From an uncultured virus (IMG/VR IMGVR_UViG_3300031555_006527) (taxonomy: Duplodnaviria; Heunggongvirae; Uroviricota; Caudoviricetes), in IMG/VR virus record IMGVR_UViG_3300031555_006527: a DNA stretch of 64,000 nucleotides, one strand, 5' to 3'. Made by a program: the position numbers and the translations under genes. Positions within the stretch are counted from its first letter, which is position 1, and every line of letters starts with the position of its first letter. Below, in pieces: positions 18,810-26,905 of this stretch. The notes below the pieces were generated by a model. It searched no databases. It had not been told where the DNA came from and worked only from the letters and a program-made list of their open reading frames with translations.

Positions 18810-20285
18810 ATGAGTTTACGTGAAGCTATTCACAACGAAGCAAAGTGGACAGAAACATGGAATGGTTGTGATACCTTAAAGACCACAGATTCCACCTGTC
18901 TAGACTTATTTGGTAGAGCCGGAGCAATGAGACAGGCTACTACAGAAGAAAAGAACCTGTTATTTAGCAGAGCTTTTCAGGAAAACAAGGATATTGCCGT
19001 AAAGTTATTATTCTATACCCGAGACATTCGTGGCGGATATGGAGAAAGAGATACCTTTATGGATATGTTCCGTCATTTAGCTGAAATCAATCCAGCATCT
19101 GTAGAGAAGAACCTTTGGGCAGTATTAGAATTTGGTCGTGCCAAGGACTTATATTGTTTGATTGGAACTCCTGCAGAATCTGCAATGTGGCAGTTTATGA
19201 AGGCTCAGTTTGAGTTAGACTTAGAGAACTTAGCAAAGGGAAATAGTATTTCTTTATTGGCTAAGTGGATTGCTACACCGGACTCTGGTTCTGAAGAAAC
19301 AAAGAAGCTTGGTAAGTTAACTGCCAAGAAGTTAGGTTATTCCTTCAAGACCATGTCTGACTATAAAAAGAAGCTCCGTTCTCTTCGTAAGTATTTAGAT
19401 TTACCGGAAGCAAAGATGTGTGCTGGTAAGTGGGACGAGATTGAGTACAGCAAGTGTGCATCTAAGTTTTTACTTAAGAACCGTAAGGCTTTTGTAAAGC
19501 ATGATGAAGCTCGTTGGACAGAATTCAATCAGAAGGTAGAAACTGGTGAAGAGAAGATGAACATGGGTACTGTTACTCCATGTGACATTATTCATCAGGT
19601 AAATACCAACTATACCAGAGACCTTGAAACCATGTGGAAGTCTCTTCCGGATGTATGTAAGGGAAATGCTTTAGTCATGTGTGACACTTCCGGTTCTATG
19701 AGCTGGGATAAGTCTGGAGGTATGTATCCAATTGAAGTCGCTACAGCTCTAGCAATTTATTTTGCTCAGAGAAACAAGGGTGACTTAAAGGATGTATTCA
19801 TGACTTTCAGCACTCATCCGGAATATGTAGAGCTTAACGGTGCTACATTAAAGGATAATCTTAATATCGTAAAGGAAGCTGATTGGGATGGTTCTACCGA
19901 CCTTGAAGCGGCTTTTGAGTTATTACTTAAGACCTGTATTAAGGGTAAGGTAACTCCAGAAGAAATGCCAGATGCTATTGTCATTGTATCTGATATGCAG
20001 ATTAACTGTGTAGAGGGTGTTGACCGTGAGCAGAACATGACATTTTACGATGTTATGAAAAAGCGTTATAACGAAGCAGGATATCATCTTCCACAGGTAG
20101 TATTCTGGAATGTCAACGCAAAGAATCCAACCTTCCATGCTGCTAAGAGTGCAAGAGGCGTATCTATGGTAAGTGGATATAGTCCAAACATCTTTAAGCA
20201 GGTAATGGAGAACATTGGAACCACACCTTACGAGCTCATGATGGCAGTAGTCAACAGTGAGCGTTACGAAAAGGTAGTAGCATAA
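18810..20285 (+). CDS. DUF2828-family / TROVE(Ro60)-like protein with C-terminal vWA domain
   Basis: LLFYTRDIRGGYGER; SLLAKW; MIDAS DTSGSM; W.GSTDLEAAF; IVSDMQ; VFWNV; VSGYSP. Confidence 0.85.
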   Translation: MSLREAIHNEAKWTETWNGCDTLKTTDSTCLDLFGRAGAMRQATTEEKNLLFSRAFQENKDIAVKLLFYTRDIRGGYGERDTFMDMFRHLAEINPASVEKNLWAVLEFGRAKDLYCLIGTPAESAMWQFMKAQFELDLENLAKGNSISLLAKWIATPDSGSEETKKLGKLTAKKLGYSFKTMSDYKKKLRSLRKYLDLPEAKMCAGKWDEIEYSKCASKFLLKNRKAFVKHDEARWTEFNQKVETGEEKMNMGTVTPCDIIHQVNTNYTRDLETMWKSLPDVCKGNALVMCDTSGSMSWDKSGGMYPIEVATALAIYFAQRNKGDLKDVFMTFSTHPEYVELNGATLKDNLNIVKEADWDGSTDLEAAFELLLKTCIKGKVTPEEMPDAIVIVSDMQINCVEGVDREQNMTFYDVMKKRYNEAGYHLPQVVFWNVNAKNPTFHAAKSARGVSMVSGYSPNIFKQVMENIGTTPYELMMAVVNSERYEKVVA

Positions 20286-20294
20286 TAGGAACAA

Positions 20295-20323
20295 AAGGCC
20301 TATCTAACCAATAGGTAGGCCTT
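20295..20323 (+). terminator. Hairpin after the DUF2828 gene
   Basis: aaggcctatcta..taggtaggcctt. Confidence 0.55.
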
Positions 20324-20350
20324 CTTCCTCACTATGTTCTAATAAAAAAT

Positions 20351-20477
20351 AGAGAAGTAGCTCAGATGGGAGAGCATCAGCCCTTATAAAAATGTTTCAT
20401 ATGTACGTGTGAAACTAACAGCAAGGAAAAAATTAAGTCCAAGCTGGTTGTCGTCGGTTCGAGCCCGACCTTCTCTA
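20351..20477 (+). ncRNA. tRNA-like RNA with about 60-nt insert in the anticodon loop carrying a permuted ACAGCAA motif
   Basis: agagaag/cttctct; gctc/gagc D-arm; tcagc/gctgg; gtcgg-ttcgagc-ccgac; insert gtttca..tgaaac-taacagcaa. Confidence 0.8.
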
Positions 20478-20795
20478 CTAGGGATATGGCAATTAGTCAT
20501 AAATCAATATGCAATAAGTCCATAACAGAGCCCCCTAATGTTTCCTGTACAAAGCGGCCTCCATCTCACACACCAATCCGCAATAGGGAAACAAACAGCA
20601 ATTTGTCTATTAGATTGGATGAGATGATTCTCTTATTAAAATATCGTCAACGTAAGAGTTTCATCGCTTGTGGGCTTCGGCAATGCAAGCACTCTTCGAA
20701 ACTGGTCCGATATGCCAATCGAAGTAAGTAAAAGGTAAGGAGTGAGGAGTCTCTTCATCCATTTTTAAACTTCTCATTCCTCATCTTTACTATTT

Positions 20796-20978
20796 GAGAG
20801 GAATTTCGTTTTTATAACGAAAACGGTAATTAGTCCTATCTATTTTTCTCCAGTGTGTTGTGTATTTGACTTATCATGTATACTCTTTGGGCAGGGTAGA
20901 CATAAATTTTTCTCCTTAGGTAAACAGTTTGTTACATCTGATAGGAACTAATTGGCGGTTCAAATCCGCCACCTCTCT
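20796..20978 (+). ncRNA. tRNA-like RNA with a long anticodon-arm loop carrying an anti-RBS sequence
   Basis: gagagg/cctctc; tttcgtt/aacgaaa; aattagtcctatc/gataggaactaatt; ggcgg-ttcaaat-ccgcc; loop cataaatttttctcctt. Confidence 0.7.
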
Positions 20979-21067
20979 TTTGTAGGGTTATTCTCAAATT
21001 TGCTTTTCTCTACAAAATGTTATCTTCCTTTCTAAAGATAGGGCTACGAAAATGGTCCTATCTATCT

Positions 21068-21112
21068 GCTTCCTAATTGGCATAAAAAAGGGTTCGATTC
21101 CCTTAGGAAGCA
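21068..21112 (+). ncRNA. Minihelix-like element (acceptor stem plus T-arm only)
   Basis: gcttcct/aggaagc-a with aaggg-ttcgatt-ccctt and a 13-nt connector. Confidence 0.6.
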
Positions 21113-21190
21113 TTTGGGTTCTCAACGTTTCCTTCCAAAAGCGTTGGTAGTTATTTTGATTTTCTTGTTCTTTCGACCAAAAAGTTAGTT

Positions 21191-21304
21191 ATGGGAGTTC
21201 ACGGTTGGTAAGTGCATGGACTCATTCTCCATGGGAATCTGTGATTAGAAATAATCATATGGTCAGGATTCATTATATGAGAGGTTCGAATCCTCTCTCC
21301 CGTA
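21191..21304 (+). ncRNA. tRNA-like RNA, CAT in anticodon position, oversized variable region
   Basis: atgggag/ctcccgt; cac/gtg D-arm; catgga-ctCATtc-tccatg; about 45-nt structured variable region; agagg-ttcgaat-cctct. Confidence 0.65.
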
Positions 21305-21547
21305 ATCTTTAAAGCAAAAAAAACTTCTTTTAAAAGAAGTGAGAGAATTAAGAGCTGAAATAAAAGAATTAGAAGCTCTATTATAAAACTAAACATTTTT
21401 TAGGTTTTCTAACCTCCATGTCTCAGAGATGAAAATATATTTATTCCTATGTCTCTGAGTTTTTTTAACTTAAAAAAAAGAATGTTTATTAAAGCAACTA
21501 AAAAAGTTTTGATTATCTGGCAAAATAAGCCTAAATGTCATTTATTA

Positions 21548-21577
21548 CCGAAAGATTAAACCAATTAGTAGCTAATA
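21548..21577 (+). promoter_or_regulatory. Promoter-like motif, copy 7
   Basis: ccgaaagattaaaccaattagtagctaata. Confidence 0.75.
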
Positions 21578-21676
21578 AGTGTGAATAAAAACTTTATCAT
21601 TCTTCCTCATCCTGTAGTTTTTTCTAAAGGGTTAAATTTCTTAGCCTTTTAGAAAGGCTATAGGAAAAGTATATGT

Positions 21677-21766
21677 GGCAATGTGGCAGAGTCTGGTTTA
21701 TTGCGGCGGTCTTGAAAACCGTTGACTCTCGAAAGAGGTCCGTAGGTTCGAATCCTACCATTGTCG
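21677..21766 (+). tRNA. tRNA-Ser(TGA)
   Basis: ggcaatg/cattgtc, G73; gcggt-ctTGAaa-accgt; long variable arm. Confidence 0.92.
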
Positions 21767-21875
21767 TTGTTTTATCATTTTTATTATGTCACATCCTAAA
21801 AAACTCCGAATAAGAATGAGAAAAACAAAAAATGCACCTTGAAAAATGAACAACGAGAAAAAGGAGGATAATCCA

Positions 21876-24752
21876 ATGAGTCGGATTACGAGATTATTTG
21901 CCGCACTTGTTGCTGCAGTTACGGTATGTACTTCTATGCCAATGACATCCGTTTATGCAGACAACAGAACCGTATTCACCTATGAAATTGATGGAAAAGA
22001 AGTAACTAATTTATCCATGACCGTAGGTGAAACCAAAGACATGGACACAAAGGGTACGCCAAAGAACAGTAGTCTTATTTTATGGACTAGTAGTAATGAA
22101 AAAGTTGCTACAGTAGATTCTGATGGTGTAATCACAGCAAAGAAAACTGGAACGACTACCATTAAAGTATATGTCGGAAATGGCAGCGCTTATACTTCTA
22201 CTGGTGTTACCTTAACTGTAACAGATGAGGCACCAGTCATTGTAGAGACAAAAGAAGAACCTACACTTGAAGAAGAAGATACCACTGCAGTATACCTTGG
22301 TACATCCAGAGATAACTTGTATGAAGAAATGACAGTAGAAGTTGGAGACATGGTTGACCTTAATTTCTACGGCGTTAAGAATTACAAAGCAAAGAACTTT
22401 AAGTGTACATGGTTCACAGACAATGAAGATATTCTTTATGTAGCAAATAATGGTTTATTCTTTGCAAAAGAAGAAGGTATTGCTACCATTTATCTTTCCA
22501 TTGTAAACAAATTAACTGGTAAGGAATTAAATGTATTCCCAACTACAGTTACTGTTGGCAGCTATGTAAGTGTTCTCCCAGAAACTCCAGAAGATGTAGA
22601 AAATCCTAACCTTCCAGAGGAACCTGTAGAAGACCCAGAACCAACAGAAATCCCTAAGCCAGAAATGAATTTAGTATTTGTGGCCGACAATAAGGTACAG
22701 CTTATGTTTCCGGAAGCTGTAAATTATGATAAGAATGCATATAAAGTATCCAAAGATGGTGTTTTTTACACTGTAGAGTCTATGGAACAGAAAAATGCGC
22801 AGACTGTTATCCTAACTACTACTGAAACTTTTGTAACTGGTGGAACTTATGAAGTAACTGTAGATGAATATCTTGAAGAAATCACAGCAGATTTTGCGAC
22901 ACCAGACCGCTTAGAAGTAGTATATTCTTCTTTAGGAGAACAGGGTAAAGCTTATGCAATGAACTATAGTTATTACACAGAAGATTCTGAAACTGAGTTA
23001 GACTATCGTTTATATGCAGATGGTGTTGATGTAACAAATACCTATTGTATGTATGGCTACATTTCCTATGAACTAGTTGGCGATAGTTCTCCTGATGTAG
23101 TATTTAATGAAAATTCCTTATTATTCTACGAAGCCAATAAGGTAGCGACTGTAAAAGCAACCTTTACCTATTGGAATACTGCCGGAGAAACAAAGGAATT
23201 AGTAAGTCCAGTCACTGTAATTCGTTCTATTGAACATGCACCATACCGAGTAACAGGCATTAAGGAATGGACATTAGTTAAGACTGATTCTACCGCAACG
23301 ATTAACTGGGATAAACCAGTTCATGAAGTTGTTGCTGGTACAGAAAAAGCATATCAGTTAGTTGTATTGATTACAGATAACTATGGTTATACATACACAA
23401 GTGATGACCGTGGTATCAATACTGCAAGAGAAATTTATAGTTTAAATGATTATAAGGCTCCATATGCATATTATGGTGGTCAGATTAACTATGTTGCTTC
23501 TACAAATTCCAATTATTATGTTGGTGCTTATGGAGAAGTTTATGCTTTTGATAGAGCAGGCTCTATCCCAACCAGAGTACAGTACTTAGATATTGAAGGT
23601 GCTGAAAAGAATATTGGCACCATTTCCATTAAAGTATTAACTCCATCTCAGGTAAATCAGCTTACTACTTCTTCCAACAATCTTTATGTTTCCAGTACAG
23701 CTATCAACAATATGGAAAGCATTGTATGTGTTGATACGGTTAAAGTTTTCCCATTAGACCAGTATGGTAAGCTTTGGACCGGAGATTGTGAATACGAAAT
23801 CAGTTGTACTACACAGGAAGTTCAAGAAGGTTTACGTGGAGGTTCTGGTTCTCCAGCATACATGATTGGAAACACTCTTGTTGTAAATGGTGCTGCCATC
23901 CGTTCTTACACAAACAGAAGCAGTGTTCAGTTCTTAATTACCGAATTGATTTCCGGTAAGACAGCAAGAGTAAATGTAACTGTAAAGAATCCAATAGTAA
24001 GAGACAATTTAATTGTTGTTGATGGTTGGTCTTTAGGAGAATCCAAGGTTCATGATTTAACCTTAAGTTACACAAGTGGTCCACAGAGTTTCTTTGTAGA
24101 CGTATTTAGAACAAGTGGAAATGTTAAGGTTGGTGTACAGGATTCTAATGTATATCTTTCCAACAATTCCAACCAGAAGTACACTGTAAATAACTGTTCC
24201 GAAGGTGATGTATATGTAACTATCACCGGACCAAACGGAAAAGTTCTTTCCAGTGCTACCGCAAGTGGTTCCAGTTTAACCATTTTCAATGGTAGAATTC
24301 AGGTACTTGCTTCTACAATGGATGAATCTGGAGCTATGAACGTATTAAGTAACGGTACATATACTGTAAAGGCTACCTACATCACCAAGAACGATGGAAT
24401 TACAGTAAATACCGCAAAGAAGACAACCACATTTACTATCCAGAATGCATCTACTGATGTAATGTTCCAAGGAGTAAAGAGCTCTTTAACAGAAATTATT
24501 GTAAGTAGTGTATCTGATGCTAAGGCAGTTGTAGCCGAAACCTTCCGTTTCAGCTATCAAGGCAGTGAATGGTTAGATTTCTCAGCGAATATGATTGAAG
24601 ATGTAACCTATTCTGTAAAGAATAATTATGTTACCATTAAGGATTTAGTATTACGAGTTCCATATGATGGACATTCTACAGATGGTCCAAGCTATCTGAT
24701 TACTTTATCCAATGTGAATAAAGCAATTCGCATGAAGACTAATTATAATTAA
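21876..24752 (+). CDS. Secreted/surface protein with bacterial Ig-like (Big_2) domains
   Basis: Signal peptide (..VYA); WTSSNEKVATVDSDGVITAKKTGTTTI Big_2 motif; Pro/Glu linker; beta-rich. Confidence 0.8.
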   Translation: MSRITRLFAALVAAVTVCTSMPMTSVYADNRTVFTYEIDGKEVTNLSMTVGETKDMDTKGTPKNSSLILWTSSNEKVATVDSDGVITAKKTGTTTIKVYVGNGSAYTSTGVTLTVTDEAPVIVETKEEPTLEEEDTTAVYLGTSRDNLYEEMTVEVGDMVDLNFYGVKNYKAKNFKCTWFTDNEDILYVANNGLFFAKEEGIATIYLSIVNKLTGKELNVFPTTVTVGSYVSVLPETPEDVENPNLPEEPVEDPEPTEIPKPEMNLVFVADNKVQLMFPEAVNYDKNAYKVSKDGVFYTVESMEQKNAQTVILTTTETFVTGGTYEVTVDEYLEEITADFATPDRLEVVYSSLGEQGKAYAMNYSYYTEDSETELDYRLYADGVDVTNTYCMYGYISYELVGDSSPDVVFNENSLLFYEANKVATVKATFTYWNTAGETKELVSPVTVIRSIEHAPYRVTGIKEWTLVKTDSTATINWDKPVHEVVAGTEKAYQLVVLITDNYGYTYTSDDRGINTAREIYSLNDYKAPYAYYGGQINYVASTNSNYYVGAYGEVYAFDRAGSIPTRVQYLDIEGAEKNIGTISIKVLTPSQVNQLTTSSNNLYVSSTAINNMESIVCVDTVKVFPLDQYGKLWTGDCEYEISCTTQEVQEGLRGGSGSPAYMIGNTLVVNGAAIRSYTNRSSVQFLITELISGKTARVNVTVKNPIVRDNLIVVDGWSLGESKVHDLTLSYTSGPQSFFVDVFRTSGNVKVGVQDSNVYLSNNSNQKYTVNNCSEGDVYVTITGPNGKVLSSATASGSSLTIFNGRIQVLASTMDESGAMNVLSNGTYTVKATYITKNDGITVNTAKKTTTFTIQNASTDVMFQGVKSSLTEIIVSSVSDAKAVVAETFRFSYQGSEWLDFSANMIEDVTYSVKNNYVTIKDLVLRVPYDGHSTDGPSYLITLSNVNKAIRMKTNYN

Positions 24753-24768
24753 ACAAGTTAAAAGGATT

Positions 24769-24808
24769 AAGCTATGTGAGAGAATATCTTACATAGCTTT
24801 TTCTTTTT
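24769..24808 (+). terminator. Intrinsic terminator
   Basis: aagctatgtgaga..tcttacatagctt followed by T-run. Confidence 0.75.
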
Positions 24809-24823
24809 GTTTGAAAACACTTA

Positions 24824-24853
24824 CCGACAAATTAAACCAAAAAGTAGTTAATA
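24824..24853 (+). promoter_or_regulatory. Promoter-like motif, copy 8
   Basis: ccgacaaattaaaccaaaaagtagttaata. Confidence 0.7.
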
Positions 24854-24899
24854 ATTGTACCTACTAATTTTATATTCCATGAACAGGAGGAAATGAATC

Positions 24900-25817
24900 A
24901 TGGCATACGCATTAGGAAAGCTGTTAGTAATGAATTTAGCAGCTACAGTAAAGAAATGTAATCAGACCACATTAAAAAGTGTTTGTTCTCAGGTAAACAT
25001 TTCTGAAGCACAGTATAACGACTGGTTAAAAGGTGTTACTATTCCAACGAAAGAAGAAATTGAATTGATTTGCAAAAACTTAGATTATCCAATTTCTGAA
25101 TTTTATGAAGAAATTAAAAAAAACGGTGGAAATCTTGCAGAAATTCCTTCTGCCGGAAAGACTACAAAAACAGTTACCCCTACAGAAAAGGAATCTTCCG
25201 CTCCTGAAAAGAAGGCGGAAAAGGCGGAGACCCCTGATAAGAAGGCGGAGACTCCTGATAAGAAAGAGCCTGTAAAAAAGTCTGTAGCGGAAAAGACAGA
25301 AAAAGAAGATTTTCCAATGCCAAAACCTGTAGAAGTTACCCCAACAAAGACTGAAAAACAGGAAACCAAAACTGTAGAACCTAAGAAGCCCAATGTTTCT
25401 TCCCCAAAGAAGAAGCCAGTAGAAAAAACCGAAGAGAAGAAGAAGGAGATTAAGACCATGGACCAGTCCGTTACCGCCGAAACCAAGCCAAAGGCTACCA
25501 GAGCAAAGAAGCAGGCCGAATTAAAGGCATTAACCCCAGAAATGGAAGCAAAGCTTCGTAAAGTAATGGGCTTAAAGAAGACTGACCCGGTAGATGGTTT
25601 GACCGTAGAAAAGAGTCTTGATACCATTAAGGCTTCCATTTTAGAATCTTTTGCATTCTGTGAAGAATTAACAAAGACTTTAACAAATTCTTTTGAAACT
25701 GCTGCAGAAGCCGCAAAAATTGACCCAAGATATGTAGACTTATTAGAGGCAGCTCAGAATGCTTCTGACGAAGGAATTTCCGTTGCTTTAACCATTTTAA
25801 AGCAGTTCAAGAAGTAA
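24900..25817 (+). CDS. XRE-like HTH protein with Lys/Glu/Pro-rich linker
   Basis: VCSQVNISEAQYNDWLKGVTIPT..EIELIC HTH; 21-bp tandem repeat at 25221-25262. Confidence 0.65.
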   Translation: MAYALGKLLVMNLAATVKKCNQTTLKSVCSQVNISEAQYNDWLKGVTIPTKEEIELICKNLDYPISEFYEEIKKNGGNLAEIPSAGKTTKTVTPTEKESSAPEKKAEKAETPDKKAETPDKKEPVKKSVAEKTEKEDFPMPKPVEVTPTKTEKQETKTVEPKKPNVSSPKKKPVEKTEEKKKEIKTMDQSVTAETKPKATRAKKQAELKALTPEMEAKLRKVMGLKKTDPVDGLTVEKSLDTIKASILESFAFCEELTKTLTNSFETAAEAAKIDPRYVDLLEAAQNASDEGISVALTILKQFKK

Positions 25818-25904
25818 TAAGTACATAAAAAAATGGATTAGGTAGGTCTATTAGACCTGCCTACTTCCCATAAAAAAATAATCTTTAAGGAGGATAAAAA
25901 TCCA

Positions 25905-26345
25905 ATGAATAATAAGAAATTATGTATTGGAATTGGTGCAGGTGTTGCCAGCCTTGTAGCAGGAGTTATTGCTATTCCAAAGATTTGTACAGCAATTCGC
26001 AATCGTCGTTATGAGAAAGAAATGGAAAACGATTATTATGAAGCTGTAAAAGAGTATGATGACCTTTGTCAGAAGTTAGAGCAGTTAGAAAAGGTTCATG
26101 CAGAAGCTCTAAAACAGTTTAAGGAATTAGACCTTTCTTCTGAAATTCCAGAAGATGTTGTCAATCGAGAAGTCCTCAGAAATCAGATTAACTTTGCGGC
26201 AAAATCTCACAAGGATTTAAGAGCAGAATTAGCAGAATTCAGCGAGCTCTGGGGCTTTGACGAGTATGAAGGTCCATCCTTAGGCTTTATAGTAGCTGTT
26301 GAAGTCGACGATGAAGAAGACGATGATAGCGAAGATTTTGAATAA
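25905..26345 (+). CDS. Hypothetical protein with N-terminal TM and acidic tail
   Basis: AGGAGG RBS; hydrophobic N-terminus. Confidence 0.65.
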   Translation: MNNKKLCIGIGAGVASLVAGVIAIPKICTAIRNRRYEKEMENDYYEAVKEYDDLCQKLEQLEKVHAEALKQFKELDLSSEIPEDVVNREVLRNQINFAAKSHKDLRAELAEFSELWGFDEYEGPSLGFIVAVEVDDEEDDDSEDFE

Positions 26346-26380
26346 TTAAAAATAAGAGGGGATTCTACCCCTCTAAATAT

Positions 26381-26567
26381 CGCAGAGAATAAAGGAAGCT
26401 ATATTAGGAAAAAGGTGTTTGGGCAGTTTTTTTTGCATATTTGTTAAAACCTCCGAATTACATATATTTAGCAATTAACCATTTTGATAAACTCCTTAAG
26501 TAAATTTTGTCATTTTTACTATCCATTCTCCTTTTTCATAGCATGGGTTCAAATCCCATCTCTGCGT
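26381..26567 (+). ncRNA. tRNA-like scaffold carrying three tandem anti-RBS segments
   Basis: cgcagag/ctctgcg acceptor; atggg-ttcaaat-cccat T-arm; gctat/atagc and gaaaaagg/cctttttc stems; CAT..CCTCC, CAT..CTCCTT and CAT..CTCCTTT inside. Confidence 0.75.
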
Positions 26568-26839
26568 CTGGTTGTTGTAGCTAATCTTTTGGTTAGCTAT
26601 TTGCAATCTGATGTATTTCATGATTTCCTTTGTGAGGCGCTAGATATCTAGCAATAATCTCAATTGAGATTATTTTGGAAAGTCATAATCTCCTGTATAT
26701 TCACAAAGGTCCCCGGTTAGGAGAGCCCGCAGACAATGCACTTTATGACGATTGGGGAGTTCCTCTTAAAAATAAATATTCCCAATAAATTATGAAAACC
26801 TAAAGACCTCATACAGTCTTCGGTTTTTTTTATTTTATT

Positions 26840-26869
26840 CCAAAATCTTAAACCAAAAAGTAGCTAATA
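26840..26869 (+). promoter_or_regulatory. Promoter-like motif, copy 9
   Basis: ccaaaatcttaaaccaaaaagtagctaata. Confidence 0.7.
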
Positions 26870-26905
26870 AGTAGCATTTTTTGTTTAAAGAAAGGAATAT
26901 GATTT

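Noticed and set aside
20351..20477. Group I intron-containing tRNA interpretation (also for 10366-10490)
   Set aside because: Inserts of about 50-60 nt are far too short for self-splicing introns and lack P/Q/R/S elements.
20701..20712. ctggtccga resembling the Y RNA Ro60-binding strand
   Set aside because: No convincing complementary UUGACUAG strand in a suitable position; a 9-nt match may be chance.
25103..25639. 178-aa minus-strand ORF and the other minus-strand ORFs in the track
   Set aside because: They are shadows of + strand genes or RNA genes, lack convincing RBS or domain motifs, and oppose the uniform + orientation.
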